Shown here: positions 27,843 through 38,831 of the stretch, piece by piece
How the letters are laid out: every line of letters begins with the position of its first letter
Numbering within the stretch: position 1 is the stretch's first letter
Assembly (NCBI GenBank): GCA_036338695.1
Contig: JAYZBQ010000088.1
Location: 1-53,496, forward strand
DNA from: Myxococcota bacterium
GTDB taxonomy: Bacteria; Myxococcota; UBA4151
Reading direction: 5' to 3'
DNA: 53,496 nucleotides
Program-made: the position numbers and the translations under genes
The notes under the pieces: model-generated
The model's input: the letters and a program-made list of their open reading frames with translations, nothing else
The model's database searches: none
What the model was told of the DNA's origin: nothing

Positions 27843-28552
27843 GGCGCCCTCTTCTGGCTTGCGGTGAGGGGGAGATCAAGCACTGTCCACCGCCGCGCGC
27901 CGGGGAGTTGATAGTGCCACCATTCGCTCCCGATGGGGCGCAGACCGACCTTGCGCATGGTCACGAGGAGCCAGCGACGATGCTCTCGACTTTGCGCGCT
28001 TCCGCCTGAGTAGTTGTGCCGCGCCCGATGGCTGAGGTCATCGAACTCGGTTGGCATGGCGAGCTTTTTGCCGTCGCTTCGCCGAAACAAGCCAACATCG
28101 ACGGCCGCGCCTCGGTTGTGATGCGAGCCGCGCGTCGGATCACCGACCAAGCCACGCCGCGGGCAGGCGCGCCACAAAGCGACCTGTGCGCTCCATGGGC
28201 GGTAACAGTCATACACGATCAGCCCGAACCCGCCTCGCCCCAAGCGATCAGCGGCCGCGTGCAGTGCCTTGGCCAGCGCAGGTCGCACCCAGCACTGAGC
28301 GTTCGCTGGGTACAAGGGGCGACCGGTGACGTTGTCGCCGGTGGTGTACTTGAGCTCGAGTCGAATCCCCGGGGATCGTGGGTCGATGCGAACGAGGTGG
28401 TCGCTGAGCTGGCCTGTGCGGGTGTAACCGACTGGTTTGCTCGGGTTTCCACCGTACGGGTCTCGGCGCCCCTTACAGCCCTCCGTGGAATAACTCTGCG
28501 CCGGGGTGGGCAACACGAGCAGGATCAGGCTAAAGGGCAGCAGTCGGTACAA
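27839..28552 (-). CDS. ddpX: D-alanyl-D-alanine dipeptidase (M15, VanX/DdpX family) with a signal peptide
   Basis: DCYRP, SHHNRGAAVD, MPTEFD and EWWHY motifs; hydrophobic N-terminus. Confidence 0.85.
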   Translation of the reverse strand: MYRLLPFSLILLVLPTPAQSYSTEGCKGRRDPYGGNPSKPVGYTRTGQLSDHLVRIDPRSPGIRLELKYTTGDNVTGRPLYPANAQCWVRPALAKALHAAADRLGRGGFGLIVYDCYRPWSAQVALWRACPRRGLVGDPTRGSHHNRGAAVDVGLFRRSDGKKLAMPTEFDDLSHRARHNYSGGSAQSREHRRWLLVTMRKVGLRPIGSEWWHYQLPGARRWTVLDLPLTASQKRAP

Positions 28553-28623
28553 GGTCGGACGCTCCGTGCGATCACTACGAGCCCATCGCCCTCGGCTCAG
28601 CGAGGGGACACCTGGGAGGGATC

Positions 28624-29223
28624 ATGCTTGTCGTCGGTATCGCGGGTGGAACCGCAAGCGGCAAGACCACTGTGGTGGATCAGATCGTTGAAGCGCTCGG
28701 TGAGGAGCGCGTCTGCGTTCTCGCTTGCGACCATTATTACCGAGATCTCTCGCAGCTTCCGCTGAGCGCTCGCAAGGACTACAACTTCGACCACCCCGAC
28801 GCCATGGATCAACAGCTCTTGCTCGAGCATCTGCGCCAGCTCAAAGCGGGCGCCTCGGTGCAGCGACCTAGCTACAGCTTCTCTGCGTCGGTTCGTACCG
28901 AGAAGACCGTGACCTTGAAGCCTGCCCCCGTGATCATCGTCGAGGGCATCTTGGTGCTGGCGATCGAGGCGCTGCGGCGTGAGTATGACCTCTCGATTTA
29001 TGTCGACTCGGCTGACGATCTGAGGCTGATCCGGCGCATTGAGCGCGACACCCGGGACCGAGGACGTAGCCTCGAAGAGACCGTCGAGCGTTACCTGCGC
29101 TGGGTGCGACCGATGCATGAAGCTTATGTCTGGCCGTCGATGCGTAAGGCCGATTTGATCGTGCGAAACTATCGCGACCCGTCGGCGGCGATCCGTTTGC
29201 TGATCAAGGCGCTTGGGGGATGA
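28624..29223 (+). CDS. udk: Uridine kinase
   Basis: GIAGGTASGKTT, DHYY, NFDHPDA, VEGIL and RRIERD...RGR motifs. Confidence 0.95.
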   Translation: MLVVGIAGGTASGKTTVVDQIVEALGEERVCVLACDHYYRDLSQLPLSARKDYNFDHPDAMDQQLLLEHLRQLKAGASVQRPSYSFSASVRTEKTVTLKPAPVIIVEGILVLAIEALRREYDLSIYVDSADDLRLIRRIERDTRDRGRSLEETVERYLRWVRPMHEAYVWPSMRKADLIVRNYRDPSAAIRLLIKALGG

Positions 29224-31466
29224 GCGACCTACGCTCGGGCGACCTACAGCCCTTAGAGCCCAACTCTGTCGCCCAATTTTTAGGAGATCAGGGACCGCTC
29301 GCCGACGATATGGTCGGGTTTGAGCGGCGACCATCTCAGCAGGAGATGGCCGCCAACGTGGCGATGGCGCTCAATCGCGGTGACACCATCTGCGTCGAAG
29401 CGCCTACGGGGGTCGGCAAGTCCCTCGCTTACCTTCTGCCTGCGTCGCTTTGGGCAAAAAATAACGGCCGCCGTATCGTCGTAGCGACGCGCACCATCAA
29501 TTTGCAGCGTCAGCTGATCGATAAGGACCTGCCAAGGCTCGCCCGCTGGCTGGCGCAAGCCGATCCAGAGGGTGACCCGTTGCAGTATGTCGAGCTCGTA
29601 GGCCGCAGCAACTACCTGTGTCATCAACGGCTCGAGGAAGCCTTCCGTCAGCCTGCGTTGAAGGTCGAGTTGAGCCAGGAGCAGCAGCAGGACCTCTGGC
29701 GACTCAAGTCATGGGCGCAGCGCGACGACCACGACGGCCGCCGGCAGGACCTTGATCAGTCGCCCGATCGTCGGGTGTGGGATGAGGCCAACGCCGACGC
29801 TGACAATTGCGCCGGTCCAAAGTGCAGCTACTTTGATCGTTGCCCCTATTTTCGCTCGAGGCAGCGCGCCAACACAGCGCATGTTCTGGTCGTCAATCAT
29901 GCGCTGATGCTCGCCGATGTCGTCCTGAAGCAAGGCGACGAAAAGGCGGAAGGGGTGCTGCCTCGTTGGGACGCTGCGGTGGTGGACGAGGCGCATCACC
30001 TCGAGACGGAGGCGACGCGTGCTCTCACGGTTGAGATCTCGAGCCGTCAGCTCAATCGACACCTCGACCGGCTGATTCACCCCCGGATCGCAGGGGGCGG
30101 AGATTTGGGCAAGCTGGACCTTGCGCTCGGCGGTGTGAGCGGCGCGCTCGAGGACAAGGCTCACGCCCTGTCGAACCGCATTGTCGAGGAGCTCCCCGAC
30201 TGGATGGCGAACGTTCGGCAAGCGAGTGAGCGTTTGTGGGAGTCGGTCGCAGCGACCTATGGTGACGCCGAGCGCTCCGAGCAGGTCTGGATCGATGAGG
30301 GGCGTCGCGTGGGGCCTGAGTGGATCCAAACTTTGGCGACCGTCGAGGACCTGCGCGTTATACTTGAGCGCCTGGTGGCGCGGATCAAGACGCTCCTTGA
30401 TGACGCCGAGCATCACGGCCTGATCGAGCATGAGCCTTATGTCGAACAAGCCGCTCGAGGAGTCTCCTCGAGGGTCGCTCGACTCAGCGCCATGATGGAC
30501 GCGCTCAAAGCGCTCTCGCTTGGCGATCAGGCGATCTGCACCTGGGTTGAGGTCGGCGCTGTACCGACGCGTGGGCGGCGTCACGTGGCGCTGTATGCGG
30601 CGCCCATCGCCGTGGATGAGCCGCTTCATAGGCTCTTTTTTGACCCCAACTGGGCGACGATTATGACCTCTGCGACGCTGACCGCTGATCGACGCTTCGA
30701 TCTGCTGCTGTCGCGTACCGGCTTGGTTCATGGGCGCGACCAAGCCGTCACGCTGGCGCTTCCGTCGCCCTTTGACCACGCGCGCCAAGCCGTCTTGGGT
30801 GTGGTGACTCAGATGCCTGACCCGCGTGAGCAGGCCGGGCAGCTCCACACCGAGGCGTTGATCGGTGCGGTCGACCAGCTGACGCGCCTGGCCAAGGGCG
30901 GCACGCTGGTTTTGTTTACCTCTTTTCGGGCTATGAACCGGGTCTATGATGCCCTGGCGCCAGGCTTTGTCTCGGCGGGTCTCAAGCCTATGATTCAAGC
31001 GCGTCGCGGGCTCAGTCGGGCGGCATTACTTGAGCAGTTCCGCTCAACCCCCGGCGCGGTCTTGTTTGCGACGGATTCCTTCTGGGAGGGCATCGACGTC
31101 CCGGGGGACTCGCTGCGGTTGGTCTTGATCACCAAGCTTCCCTTCTCTGTGCCGACCGAGCCGATCGCCATGGCGCGCCAAGAGCTGCTGCGCAGCGCCG
31201 GCAAAAATCCGTTCTTTGAGATGGCGCTTCCCGAGGCGATTTTACGCCTTCGACAGGGCTATGGTCGACTCATCCGCCGCCGCAGCGATCGTGGCGCCGT
31301 CGTGATCCTCGACCCAAGGGTTGAGACGGCCCGTTATGGCCGTCGTTTCCTCAACAGCTTGCCACCCGCTCAGCGCGTCCGGGGCCCTGTGGGGGTCGTC
31401 GCAGACGCCGTGCGCGCCCTCTTGGTTCCCGCGTCAGAGGCCGAGCTCGGCGATGAGGTTCTGTAG
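29220..31466 (+). CDS. dinG: DinG/YoaA-family Fe-S ATP-dependent helicase
   Basis: Q-motif RPSQ, EAPTGVGKS, four Fe-S Cys, DEAH, TSATL, LFTS, FWEGIDVPG and QGYGRLIR. Confidence 0.9.
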   Translation: MSDLRSGDLQPLEPNSVAQFLGDQGPLADDMVGFERRPSQQEMAANVAMALNRGDTICVEAPTGVGKSLAYLLPASLWAKNNGRRIVVATRTINLQRQLIDKDLPRLARWLAQADPEGDPLQYVELVGRSNYLCHQRLEEAFRQPALKVELSQEQQQDLWRLKSWAQRDDHDGRRQDLDQSPDRRVWDEANADADNCAGPKCSYFDRCPYFRSRQRANTAHVLVVNHALMLADVVLKQGDEKAEGVLPRWDAAVVDEAHHLETEATRALTVEISSRQLNRHLDRLIHPRIAGGGDLGKLDLALGGVSGALEDKAHALSNRIVEELPDWMANVRQASERLWESVAATYGDAERSEQVWIDEGRRVGPEWIQTLATVEDLRVILERLVARIKTLLDDAEHHGLIEHEPYVEQAARGVSSRVARLSAMMDALKALSLGDQAICTWVEVGAVPTRGRRHVALYAAPIAVDEPLHRLFFDPNWATIMTSATLTADRRFDLLLSRTGLVHGRDQAVTLALPSPFDHARQAVLGVVTQMPDPREQAGQLHTEALIGAVDQLTRLAKGGTLVLFTSFRAMNRVYDALAPGFVSAGLKPMIQARRGLSRAALLEQFRSTPGAVLFATDSFWEGIDVPGDSLRLVLITKLPFSVPTEPIAMARQELLRSAGKNPFFEMALPEAILRLRQGYGRLIRRRSDRGAVVILDPRVETARYGRRFLNSLPPAQRVRGPVGVVADAVRALLVPASEAELGDEVL

Positions 31467-34127
31467 CTCTTCGTAGCGGTATGGCTTCGAAACAAATCCG
31501 TTCATACCGAGGTCAAGGCAGAGCTGCCGATCGGCGTCGCTCGCCTTCGCGGTGATCGCTACGATGGGGAGCCCGGCATCCTCTACAGGACCTGCGCGCC
31601 GCTCGGCTGAGCGGATCGCTTGCGCGGTCTCGAGGCCGCCAAGGCGCGGCATCATCAGGTCGAGCACGACGAGATCGAACGGCGCAGGCTCGCTCTGCTC
31701 GAGGTAACCTTGAAGCTGATCCAGCGCCTCTTGCCCATCTGCGACCACGGTCGCTTGGCACCCGGCGCGCTCGAACAAGCCGGTCGCTACCAGGCGGTTG
31801 ACCTCGTCGTCATCCGCCACCAGCACGCGGATCGGTCGACCGGAGCGGCTTGTCGCCTCGTTCGGCGCAGGCGCCACCGCCGCGGCGGGCACCTCGTCCG
31901 CAAGGGCTCTCTCGCTGGCTTCCTGGCTCGCCTCGCCCAGCGCGAGCGTTAGGCTCCAGCAGATCTCATCATCGAGGATCTCGACGCTCAGATCAGCCCC
32001 CATCGCCTCGGCGAGGCCGCGTAGCGCTGCGGGTTCCATGCCGCTCCAGCGCCGCGCGCCGGCAGCGCCCGAGTAACTGGTCAGCGAGAAGATCTCTTCG
32101 CGTGCTTCGTTGGGGACCGTGCCGCCGCCATCGTGGATGCGGACCATCGGTCGCCCCTGTTCCGCTGCCATCAGCTGCACGCGCAAGGTGGCGCCCGGCG
32201 CGGCGTAGACCGTGCTTCGGGCGATGAGCGCATCGACGATCTGGGTGACGCGATCGGAGTCCCCAAAACCAGGCTGGAGCGGCTCGTCGGCTTGGATCAG
32301 CTCGAGCTCAACGTCGCTGCCCTTGAGGTGTCTCGAGTACCGGTAGGTAACGTGCTGGACGATGTAATCGAGGTCGATGTTGTCTTGGGCGAGGGGCAGG
32401 TTGTCCGACTCAAGGTTCGCCTGATCGAGCAGCGAGTAGACTAAGTTCGCGAGCTGGTCGCTGACGCTGCGCAGCTGGTCCGCACGCGCCGGCGGGATGG
32501 CGTCTGCGATCAACTCAGTGATCCCGATCGCACCGTTGAGGGGGTCGCGGACCTCTGAGCCAAAGGCGTTGATCAGGTCGCCGAGCCGGGAGAAGCTCTG
32601 CATGGCGCCGGTCGCCTCTTCGGTTAGCCGGGCGCGCTCGTGGGCGAGGCGTTCTTGGCTTTCGGTCATCGCCTCTTCGCTCTGCGTTAGCTCATCGCGC
32701 AGGGCAGAGATTGCAGCGTGGGCGTCAGCCAACTCATCGAGCGCCAAGGCGGCGACATACAGTCTCCCGCCGCCGCCGCTCGCCTTGGCTTGCTTCACCT
32801 GGGCGCAGATCGCGCCGAGTTTTTCAGCGCGCCGAAGGGGCACGACACCGTGCCATTGCCCGCTGCGCTCCAGTTGCCCGACGATGGTCTGTATGATCTC
32901 TGGATCGACCCCAAAGTTGAGGTCGGTCTTGTGCGCCATTTTGAGGTCATCGAGGCTGACTCCGAGGTAGTCACAGGCGGCTGGGTTGGCGTCCAACACT
33001 TCACCGTTTGCCGTCAGCTGAGCCGTCAGCAAGCGCTCGCTTGAGAAGCTGTAGTGATCTGAGCCCTGAGCGCTCGGGTCGTCATCACTTCGGAGGGTCA
33101 CCCAGCGCTGGCTCGAGGTCGCAAGCGTCACCACGCGCAGACTCCACGGGCTGGAGCTGTCGTCAGCGCTGGGCAGCTCAACCCACTCGCCAGCCGCTTG
33201 GTTGAAGACGTCAGCGGCGACCTCGAGGTTGAGCCCAAGCCCTTCCAGCGAGGTTAGGAGGTTTTGACCACGAAGGCGATCCCCGAGGTGGCGAGCGAGC
33301 TCGGGGGTTGCGGCGTAAACAGCGCCATCAACCACCAGCGCCGCCGGTTGGTTAAAGCTGCTGAGGAGCTTGTTGAGAAAGCGGGCGCCGATCGGAGCCG
33401 ACTTGATCGACCTGTTCAGCCGCTCGAGGCGTTCTTTGACGTCGTCGCCGTGCAGCTCGACGTCGAGCTGACCGGCGAGTCGCGTCAGCTCCTCTCCGGT
33501 CTGCCCCTCTTTGAGCCCGGCTCGGCCGAGCATCACGCCGATCAGCAAGAGCGCCAGGGCGGTGATCGCCCCCATGCCAAAGATCAACCGCTTGAGTTTT
33601 TCGCTCTGCATCAGCTGCGTCGCTTGCCACTCGGTCTCCACTTCGCGATGCAGCTGATCGCCGAGCTTGCGGACGCTGCTGCGGATGCTCTGGAAGCGGT
33701 CGTTCCAGGTCCCGCGCCGCAACCTCTCTGCGCCTTGTGTACCCTCCTCGCCGAGCGTTTTGATGAGCTGGCCGACGAGCTTGCTCAGCTCCTCGAACTG
33801 CGACTCAACGCCCTCGAGCCGCATCGGGTCGCGTCCGATCATGGCTTTGAGTGGGTCGAGCTGGCTCCAGAGCGCGGTGCGCTGGTCTTGAAGGGCTGTC
33901 AGCAGCCGCGTCTGCGCCGCAGCGTTGGTGTTCGTGATCGGCGCTTCGAAGCGGGCGTCGAGGTCTTCGAGCGAGCGTTCAAGGGCGCGCATGTGCGTCA
34001 TCAGCGTGAGGCGCTCTTGGTGCGCTTTTTGGACCGCTGCGTCGGCTGCGCGCAGGTCGTTCAGGGTCTGATTCCCCCAGACGAGCAGCCCGCAGACGAT
34101 GAGGATCAGGACGCTGACTCGACGCAC
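31434..34127 (-). CDS. Membrane hybrid sensor protein with a degenerate (pseudo) histidine kinase core and an intact receiver domain
   Basis: Two TMs around a helical periplasmic domain, a PAS-like segment and a coiled coil. H-box GSEVRDPLNG has no His and the N/G1/G2 boxes are degenerate. Receiver ADDD...DLMMP...TA...KP is intact. GTG 34127 follows AGAGGAG. Confidence 0.85.
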   Translation of the reverse strand: MRRVSVLILIVCGLLVWGNQTLNDLRAADAAVQKAHQERLTLMTHMRALERSLEDLDARFEAPITNTNAAAQTRLLTALQDQRTALWSQLDPLKAMIGRDPMRLEGVESQFEELSKLVGQLIKTLGEEGTQGAERLRRGTWNDRFQSIRSSVRKLGDQLHREVETEWQATQLMQSEKLKRLIFGMGAITALALLLIGVMLGRAGLKEGQTGEELTRLAGQLDVELHGDDVKERLERLNRSIKSAPIGARFLNKLLSSFNQPAALVVDGAVYAATPELARHLGDRLRGQNLLTSLEGLGLNLEVAADVFNQAAGEWVELPSADDSSSPWSLRVVTLATSSQRWVTLRSDDDPSAQGSDHYSFSSERLLTAQLTANGEVLDANPAACDYLGVSLDDLKMAHKTDLNFGVDPEIIQTIVGQLERSGQWHGVVPLRRAEKLGAICAQVKQAKASGGGGRLYVAALALDELADAHAAISALRDELTQSEEAMTESQERLAHERARLTEEATGAMQSFSRLGDLINAFGSEVRDPLNGAIGITELIADAIPPARADQLRSVSDQLANLVYSLLDQANLESDNLPLAQDNIDLDYIVQHVTYRYSRHLKGSDVELELIQADEPLQPGFGDSDRVTQIVDALIARSTVYAAPGATLRVQLMAAEQGRPMVRIHDGGGTVPNEAREEIFSLTSYSGAAGARRWSGMEPAALRGLAEAMGADLSVEILDDEICWSLTLALGEASQEASERALADEVPAAAVAPAPNEATSRSGRPIRVLVADDDEVNRLVATGLFERAGCQATVVADGQEALDQLQGYLEQSEPAPFDLVVLDLMMPRLGGLETAQAIRSAERRAGPVEDAGLPIVAITAKASDADRQLCLDLGMNGFVSKPYRYEELQNLIAELGL

Positions 34128-34269
34128 TGGGTTCTCCTCTGTTTTGCTTGTAGGCATTGTCCCTCAGGCGCTCAAGGGCATTTGCGAAGCGTCGGCGCTG
34201 AGATCGCATCCTGCGTGGTGTCTTGGCGCAACCCCGCTGGGCATCGTAGAGTCTGTCAGGAGGGTTGAT

Positions 34270-36489
34270 GTGACCGATCGCTTAGGCCTGAGCACCCGCA
34301 TGACCATGGTGTTGTCACCGCCTTTCTTTGTCATCGCCTATGTTTTGTTCAGCGGAGCGAAGGGTTCGGACGTTGCGGTTGTGATCGCAGCTGCGGCGAG
34401 CTTTTTGGTCTCGATCGCGCTCGCTGGCTGGTTGATCCGCTTGGTCGTCTCGGAGCGTCGCGAGGCGAAGCGGACGGCGCAGTCGCTGCGCAGCGCCGAG
34501 GACAACCTTCGCCTAGCCGAGCGAAAGGGCCGCACCGATCGCGAGCTTCAGCAGGGTTTTGAGCAGATGGAGGAGGCGCTGATCGGCGGGCTCGACATCG
34601 ACGCGCTCGCCGAGGCGGTGATCACGGCCTTGTGCCGCTACGTGGGCGCGCCGGTCGGCGCGCTGTACCTCAAGCGAACCGGCGACGCGCAAGCGCAGCC
34701 TGTCTACGAGCGAGTCGCTGGCGTGGCGTTGCACGACCTCGACGAGGGGCGCACCTATCAGCACGGTGAGGGGATCGTCGGACAGGTCGCAAAAACGGGT
34801 CGCGCCATGGAGGTGGCGTCACCGCCGGAGGCGCCTTTGGTCGTCGATGATGGGCTGCGCCGTCGGCGCCAGCCCAACGTGCTCTCGGTCTATCCCATCG
34901 TCGCCAATAAGGACGTGCTCGGGGTGATCTGTCTTGGACTTCAAGAGGGGCTAAAAGGAGGTAAGCGGCGTTTTAGCGAGCGGATTTTACGCTCGGTCGC
35001 GATCGCCTTTCAGGCGGCGATTGCGCGGCGCGCAGCGGCTGCGACGCTCAAGGATTTTCAGGATCTCGCAGAGCGTCTGCAGCACCAGCAAGAGGTCCTG
35101 CGCGTGACCAATACCCGCCTCGAAGAGCAGGCCGTGGCGCTCGAGCAGGCACGCGAAGAGGCTGAGGTCCGCAACACCGACCTGCGTAAAGCGGAGGCGG
35201 AAGCTGCGCTACGGGCCGACGAGGCGAGCCGCGCCAACACCTACAAGTCCGAGTTCCTCGCCAACATGAGCCATGAGCTGCGCACGCCGCTGAACTCGAT
35301 TATCTTGTTATCCAAGCTTTTGGCGGAAGGGCGCAGCGGCGCGTTGACGGGCGAGCAAGCCAAGCAGGCCGGCGTGATTCATCAGGCGGGCAGCGACTTA
35401 CTCGGCTTGATCAACGACGTCCTGGACCTCTCGAAAATTGAAGCGGGCAAGATGCGCCTTTTGGTGGAAGAGGTGAAGCTCGAGCGGTTGGTCTTGGACG
35501 CACACGCGCTGTTCGCTCCGCTCGCAGAGCGTAAAGCCGTCACCTTGAACAGCGCCATAGACGACGACCTGCCGGCGCAGATGATCACCGATGGGGATCG
35601 GATCAAGCAGATCCTGCGCAACTTTTTATCCAACGCCATCAAGTTTGTGGACTCAGGACAGATCACCGTGTTTGCGCAAGCGCTCCGGCCTGAGCATCTT
35701 GAGGCGCTGCACTCCGGTCAGGCGCGCCGAGAGCAGCTAAGGGCTGAGCCCGGTGGCTATGTGGCGCTGGGGGTGACCGACACAGGCATTGGCATCCCAG
35801 CGGATCGTCAGAAGATCATCTTTGAGGCGTTCCGGCAGGCTGACGGTACGACGTCGCGTAAGTACGGTGGAACGGGGCTCGGGCTCAACATCGTTACCAA
35901 GCTCGCTGACCTGCTTGAGGGGGCGGTCGGGATGTGGAGCCAAGAGGGGGAGGGCTCGACCTTCTTTGTCGTGGTCCCGCTGCGTTCGGCGGTGAATGAG
36001 GCGGCGGTCTCACCCGACGAGGTCAGCCTCGTCACGTCAGAAAAAACCCAAAGCGGTCACTCCAAGGCGCCCGAGCGGCTTGCGGACAGCGAGCCGATCG
36101 GTCGTGGGCGTCGTGTTTTGCTCGTCGATGATGACGTGCGCAACACGTACGCGCTCACGATTGCGCTGGAGTTGGATGGTTTTGAGGTGGTGACCGCAGC
36201 CAACGGCAGGCAAGCGCTCGAGCAGCTCGACCAAAAAGCAGCCTTTGACCTGGTCTTGATGGACATCATGATGCCAGAAATGGACGGGTATGAGGCGATC
36301 CGGCGGCTGCGCGCCGATGAACGTTTTGTCGACCTGCCGGTGCTCGCGCTAACCGCAAGGACGCAGCCGGAGGATTGCGCCGCGTGCATGGAAGCGGGCG
36401 CCGATGACTATTTGGTCAAACCGATCGACCACAACCTCTTGATCGAGCGTTTGGACCGAGCCCTGAACCGCGAGGAGTTGACCTCATGA
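34270..36489 (+). CDS. Hybrid histidine kinase (2TM-GAF-HisKA-HATPase-REC)
   Basis: [32 protein letters not shown] and receiver DIMMP; GTG 34270 after AGGAGG. Confidence 0.92.
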   Translation: MTDRLGLSTRMTMVLSPPFFVIAYVLFSGAKGSDVAVVIAAAASFLVSIALAGWLIRLVVSERREAKRTAQSLRSAEDNLRLAERKGRTDRELQQGFEQMEEALIGGLDIDALAEAVITALCRYVGAPVGALYLKRTGDAQAQPVYERVAGVALHDLDEGRTYQHGEGIVGQVAKTGRAMEVASPPEAPLVVDDGLRRRRQPNVLSVYPIVANKDVLGVICLGLQEGLKGGKRRFSERILRSVAIAFQAAIARRAAAATLKDFQDLAERLQHQQEVLRVTNTRLEEQAVALEQAREEAEVRNTDLRKAEAEAALRADEASRANTYKSEFLANMSHELRTPLNSIILLSKLLAEGRSGALTGEQAKQAGVIHQAGSDLLGLINDVLDLSKIEAGKMRLLVEEVKLERLVLDAHALFAPLAERKAVTLNSAIDDDLPAQMITDGDRIKQILRNFLSNAIKFVDSGQITVFAQALRPEHLEALHSGQARREQLRAEPGGYVALGVTDTGIGIPADRQKIIFEAFRQADGTTSRKYGGTGLGLNIVTKLADLLEGAVGMWSQEGEGSTFFVVVPLRSAVNEAAVSPDEVSLVTSEKTQSGHSKAPERLADSEPIGRGRRVLLVDDDVRNTYALTIALELDGFEVVTAANGRQALEQLDQKAAFDLVLMDIMMPEMDGYEAIRRLRADERFVDLPVLALTARTQPEDCAACMEAGADDYLVKPIDHNLLIERLDRALNREELTS

Positions 36490-38831
36490 GCGATCAATTC
36501 TCTGTCCTCATCGCCGATGACAACCTCAACAACCTCTTTACGCTCGAGACCCTAATTTCAGCGCATATGGAGGCGCGCATCCTGCGCGCTCATGACGGCG
36601 AAGAGGTGCTTGCAACCTTGCTGAAAGAGAAGGTCGATCTGATCATCCTCGACGTGCACATGCCGCGTATGGACGGCTTCGAGTGTGCGCGTCTGATCCG
36701 TATGCGACCGGGTGATCGCGACATCCCGATCCTTTTTCTGACAGCCTCGATGCGGTCAGACGAGGCGCGCAGCCAAGGGCTCGACCTAGGCGCCGTCGAT
36801 TACCTTCGCAAGCCCATCGATGATCGCGTCTTGATCAATAAAATTAACGGGTTCCGGCAGCTCGTCGTGCGCGAGCGGCAAGAGCAACAATCGCTCGAGC
36901 AGACCGTCCAGAAGACCAGCCGAAAACTGGCGAAGGCTGAGGAGCTGACCGCCGAGGTCGTCGGTTCGATGACGCGTGGACTGGCGGTCATTGATGCGGT
37001 GCAGCTGGTGATGACGAACCCAGCCTTTGATGCGCTGATCAAGCAGGTCGCGCCGCAAGCGCCGCTTGAATCGAGCGGCGACTATCTGCGCCATCTCGAG
37101 TGCACCGAGTATGAGGTGAGCGAGGTCGTGGAGGGACGCGGTTTTGAGCCGCGTGAGCGGCCCTGGCGCGCGACGCAGATCGGCGAGCTCATGACCTGGT
37201 TGTCGGTGAGGGCTACGGCGATCAATGACGGCCGGGTGATGGTCGTGGTGGAGGATATCACCGAGCGGAAAATCTTTGAGCAGACGCTGCGCGATGCGCT
37301 CGAGCGTGCGGAGGCGGCGAGCCGAGCAAAGACCGAGTTTTTAGGGAACATGAGCCATGAGGTGCGCACGCCGCTCAACGGGGTCCTCGGGATCGCTCAG
37401 CTGCTGCGCAAGGGGGAGGTTTTACCGGCTCAAGAGCGGTACCTACGGCTCCTCGAGGATTCGAGCCTGCGGCTGCTCGGGGTGGTCAATGACATCCTCG
37501 ATTTTTCGCGCATGGAGGCTGGTCAGGTTCAGCTGACAGCGGCGCCTTTGGATCTGTGGCGGTTGGTCGGTGATCTGGTCGCGCTTCATACGCCTTTGGC
37601 GGAGCAGACCTCGGTGGAATTGAGCCTCTTCGCCGACCCGGCGCCCGAGCGGCTGGTCGTAGGGGATGAACAACGGCTGAGCCAGGTCCTGGTCAACCTG
37701 ATCAGTAACGCTCTGAAATTCACGGAGGCCGGCAGGGTGCAGCTTGGGCTGCGCGTCCTTGAGCAGGTCGACGATGCGCTGACGGTTCGCTTGTCGGTTT
37801 CGGACACCGGAATTGGTATGAGCGAAGAGCATCTCGAGCGGTTGTTTGAGCGCTTTGAGCAGGGCGACGCGTCGCGCACCAAGCGCTACGGAGGTACGGG
37901 TCTCGGTTTGTCGATCTGCAAAGGGTTGGTCGAGGCGATGGGAGGCGCGATCGACGTGGAGTCGAAGCTGGGGGCAGGCAGCACGTTTTCCGTGACGCTG
38001 CGCTTTGAGTTAAGCGAGACCCTCCCGGCTGCCGCTGGGGCGCAAGACGCCTCCGATCTGGACTGGGGCGGCACGCGGGTGCTCGTGGCGGAAGATGACC
38101 CCGTCAATCAGTTGGTCGTTCAGACCATGCTCGAAAATCTCGGCGTGTACGTTGAGATCGCTGCGCATGGTGAGGAAGCCGTCGATAAAAGCGAGGTGGG
38201 CACCTTCGACTTGATCTTAATGGACCTCCACATGCCCCATATGGATGGGCTTGAGGCGACCGAGCGGATCCGCGCACGCCAAGATCCGACGCCGATCATT
38301 GCGCTGACCGCGAATATTCTGCCCGAGACCATGCACGAATGCCTTGAATTGGGTATGGACGGCTATCTGTCGAAACCGATGAGGATGGAAGACCTCGAGA
38401 TGCATTTAGCGACCACGTTACGGCGTGAGCCTGAACCCAAGCGGGCATCGCCTGCTAAAGTGCGCGTATCCGCTGCCCCGGAGGAAGCCGCCCATACGGT
38501 GCTCGATGAGGCTTTTTTGTCTCAACAGCGTGAGCTGCTCGGAGCGGCTTTTGAGCCGATGATCCATGCGTACTTTCGGGGGATGGAGCAGAATATGACC
38601 TCGATGCGATCGGCGCTCGCAGCTGGTGAGCGTCACGAGCTGCGAAGCCATGCGCACAAGGCGAAGAGTTCGAGCTTACAGGTCGGCGCGGAGTGGCTGG
38701 TGGCGTCCTGTCAGAGGCTCGAGTCGGCTTGTCTGGAGGACGAGCCGCTCGCCTCGCTGGGGATGCGTATCGACGAGCTCGAGCGACGATACCAGGCAAC
38801 GGAGAGGCTCCTCAAGCACGCACACCGATGA
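36486..38831 (+). CDS. Soluble hybrid kinase (REC-PAS-HisKA-HATPase-REC-Hpt)
   Basis: N-terminal [35 protein letters not shown], second REC DLHMP and Hpt AHKAKSSS. Confidence 0.92.
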   Translation: MSDQFSVLIADDNLNNLFTLETLISAHMEARILRAHDGEEVLATLLKEKVDLIILDVHMPRMDGFECARLIRMRPGDRDIPILFLTASMRSDEARSQGLDLGAVDYLRKPIDDRVLINKINGFRQLVVRERQEQQSLEQTVQKTSRKLAKAEELTAEVVGSMTRGLAVIDAVQLVMTNPAFDALIKQVAPQAPLESSGDYLRHLECTEYEVSEVVEGRGFEPRERPWRATQIGELMTWLSVRATAINDGRVMVVVEDITERKIFEQTLRDALERAEAASRAKTEFLGNMSHEVRTPLNGVLGIAQLLRKGEVLPAQERYLRLLEDSSLRLLGVVNDILDFSRMEAGQVQLTAAPLDLWRLVGDLVALHTPLAEQTSVELSLFADPAPERLVVGDEQRLSQVLVNLISNALKFTEAGRVQLGLRVLEQVDDALTVRLSVSDTGIGMSEEHLERLFERFEQGDASRTKRYGGTGLGLSICKGLVEAMGGAIDVESKLGAGSTFSVTLRFELSETLPAAAGAQDASDLDWGGTRVLVAEDDPVNQLVVQTMLENLGVYVEIAAHGEEAVDKSEVGTFDLILMDLHMPHMDGLEATERIRARQDPTPIIALTANILPETMHECLELGMDGYLSKPMRMEDLEMHLATTLRREPEPKRASPAKVRVSAAPEEAAHTVLDEAFLSQQRELLGAAFEPMIHAYFRGMEQNMTSMRSALAAGERHELRSHAHKAKSSSLQVGAEWLVASCQRLESACLEDEPLASLGMRIDELERRYQATERLLKHAHR

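Noticed and set aside
27839..28552. Possible vancomycin resistance (vanX)
   Set aside because: No vanH, vanA, vanR or vanS nearby; the family is widespread in Gram-negative bacteria.
31434..34127. Calling the degenerate kinase a pseudogene
   Set aside because: No frameshift or stop, good SD, and intact sensor and receiver; the loss is confined to catalytic boxes.
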